Assembly: GCF_001642725.1 (NCBI RefSeq)
Contig: NZ_LSUQ01000014.1
Location: 1-54,354 of the forward strand
Origin: Ferroacidibacillus organovorans
GTDB taxonomy: Bacteria; Bacillota; Bacilli; Alicyclobacillales; SLC66
DNA length: 54,354 bases
Reading direction: 5' to 3'
Below, piece by piece: positions 10,619 to 20,613 of this stretch. A program made the position numbers and the translations under genes. The notes below the pieces were generated by a model. That model worked only from the letters and a program-made list of their open reading frames with translations. It was not told the DNA's origin and made no database searches. The stretch's first letter is position 1, and every line of letters starts with the position of its first letter.

Positions 10619-11239
10619 TCAGTCTGGCAGTTGCGCCTTGTATTGCTGATTGGATACCTGATCCAGCGCATCAACGTATCCGTTGTTCTCGCGATGAAGG
10701 TGCTGGTCCTCACTCGCGCTACGATCGACGACATTGTTCATGCTGGCGAGCGCCTGCCAGGTGTCTTCACCGTCAAAAAAGGTTGCGTCAGCGTCATCCA
10801 TGTTGGTTCGCGCAAACGGCACTTCTAACACCTCTTCTTCGACAGGACGGCGCGCCAAAACATCACGAAGCGGTTCATCGATCGCTCGCTGGCACGCGAT
10901 GCAGTTGAGCGCCGCCGGTTCTGCCTCAAGCCGTGCCGCTTCGATTGGCTGTTGACAGCGCTCGCACGTGCCGTAGGTCCCGTCTGCAAAGTGGGAGAGT
11001 GCACGCTCCACTTGAAACAGACGGTTCATCTCGTGCTGTGACAGGCCCAGATCCTTCTCGCGCTCAAACAGTTCTGTCGCCTGATCCGCCGGGTGCTGAT
11101 CATAGCTGCTGAGCTCTCCCGTCATATTCATCATGCCCGTCTCTACGCCGAAGTGGCGCGTCTCCGTCATGATGTGCTGGATCTGATTTCGCTCTTTAAT
11201 CAGTTGCCTACGCTGTGCGTCAAACGCCACGTCGCTCAC
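10619..11239 (-). CDS. yteA: YteA-family sporulation protein (TraR/DksA C4 zinc finger)
   Basis: GELSSYDQHPADQATELFEREKD, CERC...CIAC and RPVEEEVL, typical of YteA. Confidence 0.85.
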   Translation of the reverse strand: MSDVAFDAQRRQLIKERNQIQHIMTETRHFGVETGMMNMTGELSSYDQHPADQATELFEREKDLGLSQHEMNRLFQVERALSHFADGTYGTCERCQQPIEAARLEAEPAALNCIACQRAIDEPLRDVLARRPVEEEVLEVPFARTNMDDADATFFDGEDTWQALASMNNVVDRSASEDQHLHRENNGYVDALDQVSNQQYKAQLPD

Positions 11240-11251
11240 TCCTGTGTTCTC

Positions 11252-11551
11252 TCAGATGGTCGGCGTTCGCAGTTGAGCCTGTACGATGCGCACGATATCT
11301 GCGATGTACGCGCCGATGAAAGGGAGGTTCCAGACGGATATCTTTTGCAAAATGATCACCAACAGCGCCGCGAGCATCGTAAATCCAATGCCAATTCCGA
11401 CACCGCGTGCGAGACCGCCAATAAAATTAAGCCAGATCATATACCACGGCCGCTGTAAAAGCGTTACGTATGCGCCGTAATTGACGCGCTCGAAATAATT
11501 TTTGAGCCACGCGATGCCAGCCTCTTCCCGATCCTTTTTGGCGTCATCCAC
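11252..11551 (-). CDS. DUF5665-like small membrane protein
   Basis: NFIGGLARGVGIGIG and LPFIGAYIADIV. GTG at 11551 with SD AAGGAGGGG. Confidence 0.75.
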   Translation of the reverse strand: MDDAKKDREEAGIAWLKNYFERVNYGAYVTLLQRPWYMIWLNFIGGLARGVGIGIGFTMLAALLVIILQKISVWNLPFIGAYIADIVRIVQAQLRTPTI

Positions 11552-11657
11552 AAAAGACCCCCCTCCTTTCACCAGTATTCGCCAAGCGCAACGCGTTCAT
11601 CCAAAAGACAGAGGCGAGAGTGCCCGACGATTGCAGGCGATGAACGTGACGATGAAC

Positions 11658-14390
11658 TTACGCGATGGATTCGCGCACGATCGGCGCGCAACGCGCGCAC
11701 AGTTCCGGGTGATCTTCATCAAGCCCGACATCTTCGCGGTAGTGCCAGCAGCGCGCGCATTTTTCACCTGACGCGCGAGCAACAGCAGCGTGAATTGCGA
11801 CACCCTCTTGAAGCGACAACTTTGAGACGATGAACCACTCTTGCAATTCTGCCGCGTAGGGCAAAAAGCGAGCAATCGCTTCGCGCGGCAGTGTCAGTGT
11901 GACGTGCGCCTCGAGCGATTGTCCAATCTGCTTATCTTGGCGCGCAGCTTCAAGGGCGCTAAGCGTCACATCGCGTAACGCCATTGCTTCATCGAGGCGA
12001 GTGCGTGTCGGCGCGTCGAGCAAGTGCTCTGTGCGAAAGTTCCAATTTGACAATTGGGCGCTTGATTCAGAAACCGCAGGGATGTAAGACCACACCTCAT
12101 CTGCCGTGAACGTCAGAATGGGCGCAATCAATTGCGTCAACCCGCGCAGGATCTCGTAGAGCACCGTTTGCACCGCGCGTCTTCGCGGATCGTTTGCCCG
12201 TTCGACGTAGAGCACGTCTTTCGTCACGTCGAGATAGAAGCTGGACAATTGCACCGCGCAGAAGTTTTGAATCGCGTGAAACACAGTGTGAAACTCATAC
12301 GCTTCATAGGCTTCCTGACAGCGCACGCAAAGCTCTGCGAACTGATCGAGCACATACTGATCGAGTGGCCGCAGCGTTACAGCAGCGCCTGCATCCGGAT
12401 TAAAATCATACAAATTACCAAGCAGAAAGCGCAGTGTATTGCGGATCTTCCGGTAGACTTCGGCAACCTGTTTTAGAATCGCATCCGAAATCCGCACGTC
12501 GGCGCGATAATCGACCGATGAGACCCATAGACGCAGGATATCTGCGCCCAATTGTTGAATGACTTTGAGCGGATCGATCCCATTGCCGAGGCTCTTTGAC
12601 ATCTTGCGTCCTTCTCCGTCAAGCGTAAATCCGTGAGACAATACCTGACGATAAGGAGCTTGCCCCGTTACCGCGACGGCAGTTGAGAGTGACGAGTTAA
12701 ACCAACCGCGATACTGATCCGACCCTTCCACGTACAAATCAGCAGGCCACCTGAGCTCCGGCCTCGTCGCCAGCACTGCGAGATGACTCGAACCGGAGTC
12801 AAACCACACGTCCATGATGTCGGTCTCTTTGCGAAAACGCGAACTACCACAAGCACACACGGTTCCTTGGGGGAGCAATTCTGCCGCGTCACGTGCAAAC
12901 CACGCCTGTGACCCGTCTTTTGCGAACACGTCTGCAACGTGATCGATCGTCTCTTGCGTCATCAGCACCTCGCCACAGTCCTCACAATAAAACGCCGGAA
13001 TCGGAACGCCCCAGGAGCGTTGCCGCGAGATGCACCAATCCGTGCGATCCGCGACCATGTTGTGAAGTCTGATTTTACCCCAAGAGACGGCCCAATCCAC
13101 CTTGTCAATCTCTTCGAGCATTTGCTCGCGAAACGCGGCGATCGAAGCGAACCACTGTTCTGTTGCCCGATAGATGACTGGGTTTTTACAGCGCCAGCAG
13201 TGCGGGTATTGATGTTTGAAGCGACTTGTCGCAAGCAGTGCGCCCGCATCGCGCAGCGCGTCTACGATCACAGGGTTTGCCTTTTCGTAAAACATTCCTG
13301 TGAAGGGTGTAGCGTCTTCTGTAAAACGCGCCTTGTGGTCGAGCGGCGCAAAAATGGGGAGACCATACGTAAGTCCAACCAGATAGTCATCCATCCCGTG
13401 ACCGGGCGCCGTGTGGACGGCACCTGACCCAGAGTCAAGTGTGACATGATCGCCAAGGATCACAAGTGAATCTCGACCATAGAGCGGATGCTTTGCGACG
13501 AGTCGCTCAAGTTCGCGCCCCTTGTGTGTCGCGAGCACCTGATACGAACCTTTTTCCCAGTGAACGTCGCTCGCAACTTCAGCCAGACGATCAGACGCTA
13601 TCACGTATACCTGTCCATCGTGTGAAACGACGCTGTAGGAGAAGTCTGGTCCAACCGCGATGCCATAGTTAGCTGGGATCGTCCACGGCGTCGTCGTCCA
13701 GATGACCATTTGCGCGCCGTCGGGAATCACGCCGCGGCCGTCAGGTACAACAAAGCTGACATAGATGGAAAACGACTCTTTTTCTTCATACTCGATTTCC
13801 GCCTCGGCAAGCGCAGTCTCGCACGACGGACACCAGTAGACCGGTTTCAACCCTTTGTAGATATAGCCGCGCTCAACCATCGTGCCAAACACGCGGATTT
13901 GCGCCGCCTCGTAAGAAGGGTCAAGGGTGCGGTACGGGTGATCAAAATCGCCGCGTACGCCAAAGCGCTTAAACTGCTCAATCTGGAGCGCAATATATTT
14001 TTTTGCATACTCCGCGCACGCCTCGCGAAATGCAACCGCGCTGAACCCGTGCCGATCGAGCTTCTGCGCCTTGATGATCGCATTCTCGATCGGCAGTCCG
14101 TGTGTATCCCACCCTGGTACATAGGGCGCGTCGTATCCAGCCATCGTTTTTGACTTTACGATCATGTCCTTGAGCATTTTATTGAGCGCGTGACCAAGAT
14201 GCGTGTCGCCATTCGCATAAGGGGGCCCATCGTGAAGAATAAACTTTGGCTTACCTGCCTGATTCGCTTGAACCTTTTCATAAAGATCCATGTCTTCCCA
14301 CTGACGCAAGATCTCAGGTTCTCGTTTGGGGAGGTTTCCCCGCATCGGAAAGTCTGTTTTCATTAAATTGAGGGTTTGATCGTAATCCAT
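11658..14390 (-). CDS. ileS: Isoleucine--tRNA ligase (type 1)
   Basis: HDGPPYANG, HLGH (HIGH), WTTTPWT, KMSKS and C-terminal CARC...CARC zinc finger. Start MDYDQ at 14390 has SD AAGGAG. Confidence 0.98.
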   Translation of the reverse strand: MDYDQTLNLMKTDFPMRGNLPKREPEILRQWEDMDLYEKVQANQAGKPKFILHDGPPYANGDTHLGHALNKMLKDMIVKSKTMAGYDAPYVPGWDTHGLPIENAIIKAQKLDRHGFSAVAFREACAEYAKKYIALQIEQFKRFGVRGDFDHPYRTLDPSYEAAQIRVFGTMVERGYIYKGLKPVYWCPSCETALAEAEIEYEEKESFSIYVSFVVPDGRGVIPDGAQMVIWTTTPWTIPANYGIAVGPDFSYSVVSHDGQVYVIASDRLAEVASDVHWEKGSYQVLATHKGRELERLVAKHPLYGRDSLVILGDHVTLDSGSGAVHTAPGHGMDDYLVGLTYGLPIFAPLDHKARFTEDATPFTGMFYEKANPVIVDALRDAGALLATSRFKHQYPHCWRCKNPVIYRATEQWFASIAAFREQMLEEIDKVDWAVSWGKIRLHNMVADRTDWCISRQRSWGVPIPAFYCEDCGEVLMTQETIDHVADVFAKDGSQAWFARDAAELLPQGTVCACGSSRFRKETDIMDVWFDSGSSHLAVLATRPELRWPADLYVEGSDQYRGWFNSSLSTAVAVTGQAPYRQVLSHGFTLDGEGRKMSKSLGNGIDPLKVIQQLGADILRLWVSSVDYRADVRISDAILKQVAEVYRKIRNTLRFLLGNLYDFNPDAGAAVTLRPLDQYVLDQFAELCVRCQEAYEAYEFHTVFHAIQNFCAVQLSSFYLDVTKDVLYVERANDPRRRAVQTVLYEILRGLTQLIAPILTFTADEVWSYIPAVSESSAQLSNWNFRTEHLLDAPTRTRLDEAMALRDVTLSALEAARQDKQIGQSLEAHVTLTLPREAIARFLPYAAELQEWFIVSKLSLQEGVAIHAAVARASGEKCARCWHYREDVGLDEDHPELCARCAPIVRESIA

Positions 14391-14418
14391 CTTATCCATC
14401 TCCTTCTTTAAATACGAC

Positions 14419-14680
14419 AAAAAATCCACATCCCACAGGGACGCAGATCGTTTTGCGCGGTACCACCCTTGTTGATTGTGGCGACAAAAGCGCGCCACAA
14501 TCCTCTCAAAGCGCAGATAACGGCTGCGCACCGGCTACGCTACTCAGGCTTTCGCCCTTCACATCGCCTCTATAAGGGGATTCTCCTGCCATTTGCCACA
14601 CCCCACTTTCAGCGCGTCAGAAACGACGGCAGGGCTCTCTTTGAGGCGCATCGGCAAGACGGTCCTTGTCAATGAGTTTA
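14419..14680 (-). promoter_or_regulatory. T-box riboswitch (Ile specifier) with terminator
   Basis: Minus strand shows AGAGAGC and GCTGAAAG stem-I loops, specifier AUC (14579-14581), AGTA box, GCCGTTA F-box, T-box AGGGTGGTACCGCG (14456-14469), and a terminator hairpin plus T6 (14419-14448). Confidence 0.93.
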
Positions 14681-14761
14681 TTGATTTACATGCCATTTCT
14701 CTATACTGTACGTGAAATAAAGCGAGAATGCGATCCCACCACGAAAGTCACACTCGAGTCA

Positions 14762-15241
14762 TCAGAACTCTTCGATCGGTTCAGGCGCAATTTTATCCCA
14801 CTCTGTTGACTCAAGCATCTCGGTTTGCGCCTGCATCAGCGAGCGAAAACGCGCGCGAAAGACGGCCGCCTGCTTCTTTACCTCATCAAGCTCAAGCGCC
14901 GTTCGCCGCGCTTTGTTCAATGCGTCCTGAACGATGCGATCCGCGTTCTTCTCAGCTTCGCGAATCACCAGTTGCGCCTCTTTGCGGGCGTTTACTTTCA
15001 AATCTTCCGCGGTTTCTTGCGCGAGCATGATGGATTTACTGAGCGATTCTTCCATCGACTTAAAGTGGCGAACCTGTTCTTCCATTTGCGAGCAGCGCTC
15101 TTCGAGCTCCTTGTTTTGACGAATCAGCGCTTCATAGTCTTTTATGACGCGATCCAAAAAATCATTGACCTCATCTTCGTTATATCCACGCAAGGAACGT
15201 TTAAACTCTTTATTGTGAATATCCAGTGGGGTAAGCGGCAT
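14762..15241 (-). CDS. divIVA: Cell division initiation protein DivIVA
   Basis: MPLTPLDIHNKEF...RGYNEDEVNDFLD and a coiled coil. SD AGGAGG. Confidence 0.96.
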   Translation of the reverse strand: MPLTPLDIHNKEFKRSLRGYNEDEVNDFLDRVIKDYEALIRQNKELEERCSQMEEQVRHFKSMEESLSKSIMLAQETAEDLKVNARKEAQLVIREAEKNADRIVQDALNKARRTALELDEVKKQAAVFRARFRSLMQAQTEMLESTEWDKIAPEPIEEF

Positions 15242-15334
15242 CGATAATCCTCCTATCACGTCAAAGCACTGACAACTCTTCTTTTTTCTAATGATCAAAT
15301 CGCTCCATAAAGCACGCGGAGCAAAAAAATCCGA

Positions 15335-16111
15335 TCAGTTCGACCGCAATCGACCCGCCCGAATCACGAGACGCCCCTTTTTCGACGTTCCCGCGAGTTC
15401 GATCACCTTCGCTCGACCAAACCCGCGTAGCGAGATTACATCCCCCTCGCGAAGCGTGAAGGCCGGATCAACCCTTACGCGATGATTCACTTGAACCAAA
15501 CCCGCGTGAATCGGTTCCACTGCCTTACTTCTCGACATCGAAAACGCATGCGCGAGAAACGCGTCAAGACGCAGGGACGAAACGGTAAACTGATGTTCCT
15601 CCCAATTTTCAAAAGTGCCTTGAAGCACAAGCGATTCGCGCGCCTCTACCACATGCACCGCGTGCGGCCCCACGCGAGAAAGCGTTGAAAGAAGAAATGG
15701 CTTGATCGCTTCAGTACAAAAAACATGCGCCGTATTGCCCGTCACCAAAAGATCGCCAAGAACATCGCGGTTGAGTCCCAGCCCAAGGATAGAGCCGAGA
15801 ACCTGTCCGTGCGTCATGTGATCCTGAACACTACACGTGACGGTAAGACACGCGATCTCATACGCGTCGTGCGCCACGTCCGGCGCGTCTGCAAACAGTA
15901 CACGCACGCGTTCTGCGCCGGGAAATCCGCCATACGCGTGTACCGACATCGACTCGCGTTTTGCCGCAATTCGCGCGAGTTCTGTTTCGCGCGGCGAACC
16001 AAAAGCGGAGAGTGTCCAAATGCCTTTTTGCGATGCGCGTCGAGCCAAATCGGCCATCCGTTTTAAAAACACCTGTTCATCGGCCGCAAGACCCTGTCCA
16101 TTTTGTTGCAT
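15335..16111 (-). CDS. ylmH: YlmH/Sll1252-family S4 RNA-binding protein
   Basis: GGFPGAER, LGSILGLGL, VSSLRLD and ISLRGFGR...SKKGR; synteny between ylmG and divIVA. Confidence 0.9.
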   Translation of the reverse strand: MQQNGQGLAADEQVFLKRMADLARRASQKGIWTLSAFGSPRETELARIAAKRESMSVHAYGGFPGAERVRVLFADAPDVAHDAYEIACLTVTCSVQDHMTHGQVLGSILGLGLNRDVLGDLLVTGNTAHVFCTEAIKPFLLSTLSRVGPHAVHVVEARESLVLQGTFENWEEHQFTVSSLRLDAFLAHAFSMSRSKAVEPIHAGLVQVNHRVRVDPAFTLREGDVISLRGFGRAKVIELAGTSKKGRLVIRAGRLRSN

Positions 16112-16124
16112 CTGACAGTCTCCC

Positions 16125-16421
16125 CTAGCCAAGCCCTATGGCATTAAACAGCCATATCACCACGGCAAGCAACCCGCTTCGGATAAAAGTATACGCAATC
16201 AGCGCGACAATAGAGGAAAGATCAATATACGCGCCGCCGAGCGAGACCATAGGGATCATGCGGCGGAACAGTCCGAAGTAAGGTTCTGTGATCGTATACA
16301 GATAGCGACCAAAAGATGATCGTTGTGCATCAGGAAAGTAACTCAGGATGATACGCGCGAGCAGCACGTACCAGTACACTTCAAGGATCCAACTCAAGAG
16401 ATTTAAAATCGTAACCGCCAC
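16125..16421 (-). CDS. ylmG: YggT-family membrane protein
   Basis: ITEPYFGLFRRMIP and IDLS motifs; synteny. Confidence 0.9.
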   Translation of the reverse strand: MAVTILNLLSWILEVYWYVLLARIILSYFPDAQRSSFGRYLYTITEPYFGLFRRMIPMVSLGGAYIDLSSIVALIAYTFIRSGLLAVVIWLFNAIGLG

Positions 16422-16425
16422 ATAC

Positions 16426-16851
16426 TCACCTCAACTGTGCTCGACTCTCATTCGCCAAATACTCACTGATCGTTCCTTGCACGTCTACATTGTCCGGCGC
16501 GCACAGAAAAATGAGGTGCCCCAACTTTTGCATTATGCCGCCAACCGCATAGACACATCCACTCATAAAGTCTACCACACGCGCCGATTGATCATACGGA
16601 CAGCGGTGAAGATTAATGATCACGGAGCGGTGCGCTTTTAAATGATCGGCAATTCCCTGCGAATCTTCATAGTTCGTCGGTTCTACGAGTACAACGCGCA
16701 CTTGTTTTTGCGTGTGAAGACTCACAACGGTCGCGCGTTTCCCCTGGGTCAACGGCTCAATCTCCGGTTCGGGAGCATGTTCTTCAAACAAGCTCTCATC
16801 CTCCTCTTCTTCGTCGGCGAGTCCGAGAAATTGCCACATTCTGCGCAACAC
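16426..16851 (-). CDS. sepF: Cell division protein SepF
   Basis: EPTNYED, IADHLK, RVVDFMSGCVYAVGG and FLCAPDNVDV. Confidence 0.95.
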   Translation of the reverse strand: MLRRMWQFLGLADEEEEDESLFEEHAPEPEIEPLTQGKRATVVSLHTQKQVRVVLVEPTNYEDSQGIADHLKAHRSVIINLHRCPYDQSARVVDFMSGCVYAVGGIMQKLGHLIFLCAPDNVDVQGTISEYLANESRAQLR

Positions 16852-16943
16852 GATCTCACGTCCTTTTATCCTTATGATAGCTCATCTTCTAAGATACACC
16901 ATCTCGTAGAATTGTTCGAGAGGAAAACGCGATTTATGGGAAA

Positions 16944-17666
16944 TCAAATCGAATCCTGCAGGTTTTTGCCATCTCCCGTGAGTTCGCGTCCCACGCGCAC
17001 CATGGTGGCTCCCTCTTCAATCGCCCACAAAAAATCGGCTGACATCCCCATCGACAGTTCGGGTAGCTTTATGTCAAAGCGCGCCTCTACGCGGTCGCGC
17101 AGAGCGCGTAGTCGTGCGAATGTGGATCGCGCAGCGTGTTCGTCCGCGCCTTGTACACCGATGGTCATAAGCCCTGCAACTTCGATTTCGCCTTGTTTAA
17201 GCACATGTTCGAGTAGCCCGTCAATCTGCTCTGGCGCTATGCCTGATTTTTGCGACTCTCTGGTCACATTGACTTGGATCAACACGCGCACCGAAATTCC
17301 AGCATTCTGCGCCTCACTTGCAAGCGCGTCAGCCAGCTTCACGCGATCCAAAGAGTGTACATAGGAGACGTGACGCAGAACCTCTTTAACCTTATTGGTT
17401 TGCAGCGGTCCAATAAAATGCCACGATACAGGAAGGTCAGCGACAAGCTTTTGCTTTAATACTTGCCAGCGATTCTCGCCCATATCCCGCAGTCCCTGCT
17501 TATAGAGTTCCGCCGTTTCCTCTTTTGAAACATATTTTGTCACCGCGATCAATCGCACAGAATCGGTTGGCCTACCTGCGCGCGCGCACGCCTGTTCAAT
17601 GCGCTCTCGCACGCGCAAAACGCGCGCCGTGCGCAGAATTGCCTGTACGTCCATTTCATCGCTCAT
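16944..17666 (-). CDS. ylmE: Pyridoxal phosphate homeostasis protein (YggS/PLPBP)
   Basis: LIAVTK, GENR, WHFIGPLQTNK and LSMGMS...EEGATMVRVG. Start MSDEM at 17666. Confidence 0.95.
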   Translation of the reverse strand: MSDEMDVQAILRTARVLRVRERIEQACARAGRPTDSVRLIAVTKYVSKEETAELYKQGLRDMGENRWQVLKQKLVADLPVSWHFIGPLQTNKVKEVLRHVSYVHSLDRVKLADALASEAQNAGISVRVLIQVNVTRESQKSGIAPEQIDGLLEHVLKQGEIEVAGLMTIGVQGADEHAARSTFARLRALRDRVEARFDIKLPELSMGMSADFLWAIEEGATMVRVGRELTGDGKNLQDSI

Positions 17667-18493
17667 CGCATTCTCCCCCGAAGCGACAATCGACGCGGCT
17701 TTATCGCGATGAACCCCGCGTGCCGTCCCGCTTTGCCACGAAGCTTTCGATGCGAAAAAAAACCGGGCATACAGTGTGTGCAAATGCTGGTATCAATCAC
17801 TTGCCCATGCGGAACACCGAGCTGTTCTGCCTGCAACCGCGCAAGCGTCGGCAAATCAACCATCGTCCGTTCTGCCGCACGCTCCGACACGCGAAACGGG
17901 ATTGGCTCTCGCGTCGCCAGCTTGCGATACATGTCTTCAAGCGCGTCAGTGACCGGCTGGTCGACCTCATAGCAGCAGCCGCGGATCGCCGGTCCCAGCG
18001 CGACGAGCATGTCCTCTGGGTTTGCCCCCAGTTTTTTCATCTCTTTAATCGTCTCCATCACCACACCTTGCGCAGTGCCTTTCCAACCTGCATGCGCCGC
18101 TCCGATCACACCCGCGTATGGATCATAGAAGAGAACCGGCGTGCAATCCGCCGCGAGAATGGCGAGCAAAAGTCCGCGCGCCGTCGAGACGAGCCCATCC
18201 ACCCCTTTGATCGCATCCGCCGTGTCAAAAGCGCCGCGCCCCGCGTCATCCGCGTGAACCACCGCAACGCGCGCGCCGTGAACCTGCTCGGCATACACGA
18301 TGCGCGTTTCTGAAATCCCTGCAATGTCCGCCGCGATTCGTCGGTTTTTCTGAACCACTTCTGGATCGTCCCCGACATGAAGCCCCAAATTGAGCGAGGA
18401 AAACGAGTCACAACTCGCACCCGGCGCGTCCGAACGCGTAAACTGCGCGATCGCGCCATACTCTTCAAACTGCAATAGGCGTAGCGCGTCCAT
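17663..18493 (-). CDS. pgeF: Peptidoglycan editing factor PgeF / YlmD (purine nucleoside phosphorylase-like)
   Basis: LNLGLHVGDD, QVHG, ADCTP, HAGWKG and FFSHR motifs. SD GGAGG before 18493. Confidence 0.93.
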   Translation of the reverse strand: MDALRLLQFEEYGAIAQFTRSDAPGASCDSFSSLNLGLHVGDDPEVVQKNRRIAADIAGISETRIVYAEQVHGARVAVVHADDAGRGAFDTADAIKGVDGLVSTARGLLLAILAADCTPVLFYDPYAGVIGAAHAGWKGTAQGVVMETIKEMKKLGANPEDMLVALGPAIRGCCYEVDQPVTDALEDMYRKLATREPIPFRVSERAAERTMVDLPTLARLQAEQLGVPHGQVIDTSICTHCMPGFFSHRKLRGKAGRHAGFIAIKPRRLSLRGRMR

Positions 18494-18531
18494 AAATCCC
18501 TCCATCAAAGATTACCCTTCCTGATGGTATC

Positions 18532-18569
18532 AAAAAAACGCAGATGGGTCACCCCTCTCCCATCTGCGT
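18532..18569 (-). terminator. Intrinsic terminator after ylmC
   Basis: ACGCAGATGGG/CCCATCTGCGT stem followed by a T-run on the minus strand. Confidence 0.85.
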
Positions 18570-18584
18570 AATGGATGCAGTGCG

Positions 18585-18872
18585 TCAATATCCGTTTGAT
18601 GTGTGTGAAGTGTGGGAAGAGAGCAGTGGGGACTCACGCTGCGCGCGCAGATCCACCAAAACCACATCTGATCCAATCTTTACGATTTGTGTAAAGGAGA
18701 TCACCACCTCTTCGCCGCTTGCAAACATGCCAAAAAATTTTCCAGCAGGAGGGATGATCAGCGTTTTAATCATTCCCGAATCGAGATCGATATCGAGATC
18801 CCCAATCGATCCGAGTCGCCTTCCATCCCCAATATTAATCACATCTTTCGCTTGCAGTTCCGAAGCCCTCAT
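18585..18872 (-). CDS. ylmC: YlmC/YmxH-family sporulation PRC-barrel protein
   Basis: MRASELQAKDVINIGDGRRLG...IVKIGSDVVLV; downstream of sigG. Confidence 0.92.
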   Translation of the reverse strand: MRASELQAKDVINIGDGRRLGSIGDLDIDLDSGMIKTLIIPPAGKFFGMFASGEEVVISFTQIVKIGSDVVLVDLRAQRESPLLSSHTSHTSNGY

Positions 18873-19026
18873 CAAAGCGCCCCCCGGTCCCGCCATCTGA
18901 GCCGTGCAACGACCGCTTGTCGCTGTGTTGGCGCTGGTCCACTACAAGCCTATGTACGTCCTGCCTTATTCTTTCCACCTTTCTGACACCTGGACGCACG
19001 CGTTTTATATTTCTGTCGACTGCCCA

Positions 19027-19803
19027 CTACGTAATGAACTTTTGCATATGCGAAATGGCCGCCTTTTCTAATCGAGAAACTTGCGCCTGCGAGATGCCTA
19101 TCTCATCCGCAACTTCCATTTGCGTCTTTCCCTCAAAAAATCGCATGGACAAAATCCGTTTTTCCCGCATCGAGAGTCGACGCATCGCTTCGCGGATTGC
19201 GATCCCTTCCACCCACGTGACATCCTGTTGTTTGTCATCGCTGATCTGATCCATCACAAAAATGGGATCGCCGCCATCGTGGTAAATCGGCTCAAACAGC
19301 GAGACCGGATCCTGGATCGCATCGAGCGCGAAGACCACATCTTCTTTGGGCACTTCCATGGCCGAAGAGATCTCGGCGATCGTAGGCTCACGCAGATTCC
19401 GATTTGTGAGCTGATCGCGAATTTGAAGCGCGCGATACGCAATATCGCGCAGCGATCGACTTACGCGTATGGGATTGTTATCACGAAGATAGCGTCTGAT
19501 TTCACCAATAATCATGGGGACAGCATAGGTCGAGAATTTTACATTTTGACCGAGATCAAAATTGTCGATCGCCTTCATGAGACCAATGCATCCAACTTGA
19601 AAGAGATCATCTACATACTCACCGCGATTGTTAAAGCGCTGAATCACGGAGAGCACGAGACGAAGATTACCGCTGACCAGTTTTTCGCGCGCGGGTCGCT
19701 CCCCCGCTTGCATGCGGGCAAACAGATCGCGCATCTCAGCGTTTGTGAGCACGGGAAGTTGCGAAGTGTTGACACCGCAAATCTCGACTTTGTTGCGCTT
19801 CAA
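19027..19803 (-). CDS. sigG: Forespore sigma factor SigG
   Basis: NKVEICGVNTSQLPVL, DDLFQVGCIGLMK and RDNNPIRVSRSLRD. TTG start with SD GGAGG. Confidence 0.98.
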   Translation of the reverse strand: MKRNKVEICGVNTSQLPVLTNAEMRDLFARMQAGERPAREKLVSGNLRLVLSVIQRFNNRGEYVDDLFQVGCIGLMKAIDNFDLGQNVKFSTYAVPMIIGEIRRYLRDNNPIRVSRSLRDIAYRALQIRDQLTNRNLREPTIAEISSAMEVPKEDVVFALDAIQDPVSLFEPIYHDGGDPIFVMDQISDDKQQDVTWVEGIAIREAMRRLSMREKRILSMRFFEGKTQMEVADEIGISQAQVSRLEKAAISHMQKFIT

Positions 19804-19844
19804 GGCTGTCCCTCCAGACGAGCATTCCGGTACAACTTGAGTAC

Positions 19845-19873
19845 CAGTATGTCCCGGCGGAGGGGAAATATGC
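19845..19873 (-). promoter_or_regulatory. sigmaF/sigmaG promoter of sigG
   Basis: GCATA-17 nt-CATACTG (GGACATACTG) between sigE and sigG, the expected position. Confidence 0.8.
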
Positions 19874-19884
19874 AGACCGGTCGC

Positions 19885-20613
19885 CTATGTCAGCTTGTGA
19901 AACTCTTTACGCAAACGTTTGATAATTCGCTTTTCCAGGCGAGAGATATAGGACTGTGAAATTCCCAGAAGATCGGCCACGTCTTTTTGTGTCATATCCT
20001 TTTCACCCGTCAAGCCAAAACGCATTTCCATGATCTTTCTCTCGCGCTCCGTCAATTTCTCAAGCGCGCTATAGAGTAGGTTGCGATCCACTTGGTCTTC
20101 GATATCTCTGTAGATGGTGTCGCTCTCTGTCCCGAGAACATCAGACAAGAGGAGTTCGTTTCCATCCCAATCCACATTGAGTGGTTCATCAAAGGATACT
20201 TCGATTCGAATCTTGCTGTTCCTGCGCAGGAACATGAGAATCTCATTCTCAATGCAGCGAGAGGCGTACGTTGCCAGTTTAATCTTTTTCTCTACATCAA
20301 ACGTATTTACCGCTTTGATGAGTCCGATCGTTCCAATGGAAACGAGATCTTCAATATGAATTCCCGTATTCTCAAACTTTCTCGCAATGTAGACGACGAG
20401 CCGCAAATTGCGTTCAATGAGCATGGCGCGCACCGCTTCGTCGCCGCTTGGCAAGCGAGAGAGAAGATATTCTTCCTCATCGCGCGAGAGCGGAGGCGGT
20501 AGTGCCTCACTTCCTCCAACGTACCAAATGGACTCCGGGGCGCGCCCGATGCTAAGCAGGATGCGAAGGACGAAGAGGCGCGTCTGCATTCGGACGCGGA
20601 TGGGAATGTTCAT
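19885..20613 (-). CDS. sigE: Pro-sigma-E, mother cell sigma factor
   Basis: Pro-sequence then [32 protein letters not shown] and [25 protein letters not shown]. Confidence 0.98.
   Translation of the reverse strand: MNIPIRVRMQTRLFVLRILLSIGRAPESIWYVGGSEALPPPLSRDEEEYLLSRLPSGDEAVRAMLIERNLRLVVYIARKFENTGIHIEDLVSIGTIGLIKAVNTFDVEKKIKLATYASRCIENEILMFLRRNSKIRIEVSFDEPLNVDWDGNELLLSDVLGTESDTIYRDIEDQVDRNLLYSALEKLTERERKIMEMRFGLTGEKDMTQKDVADLLGISQSYISRLEKRIIKRLRKEFHKLT

Noticed and set aside
14391..14531. N-terminal extension of IleS in the ORF track
   Set aside because: It runs through the T-box terminator; the SD supports a start at 14390.
16905..16918. Possible LexA (SOS) box upstream of sepF, CGAACAATTCTACG on the minus strand
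   Set aside because: Two mismatches in one half-site relative to CGAAC-N4-GTTCG; not convincing.
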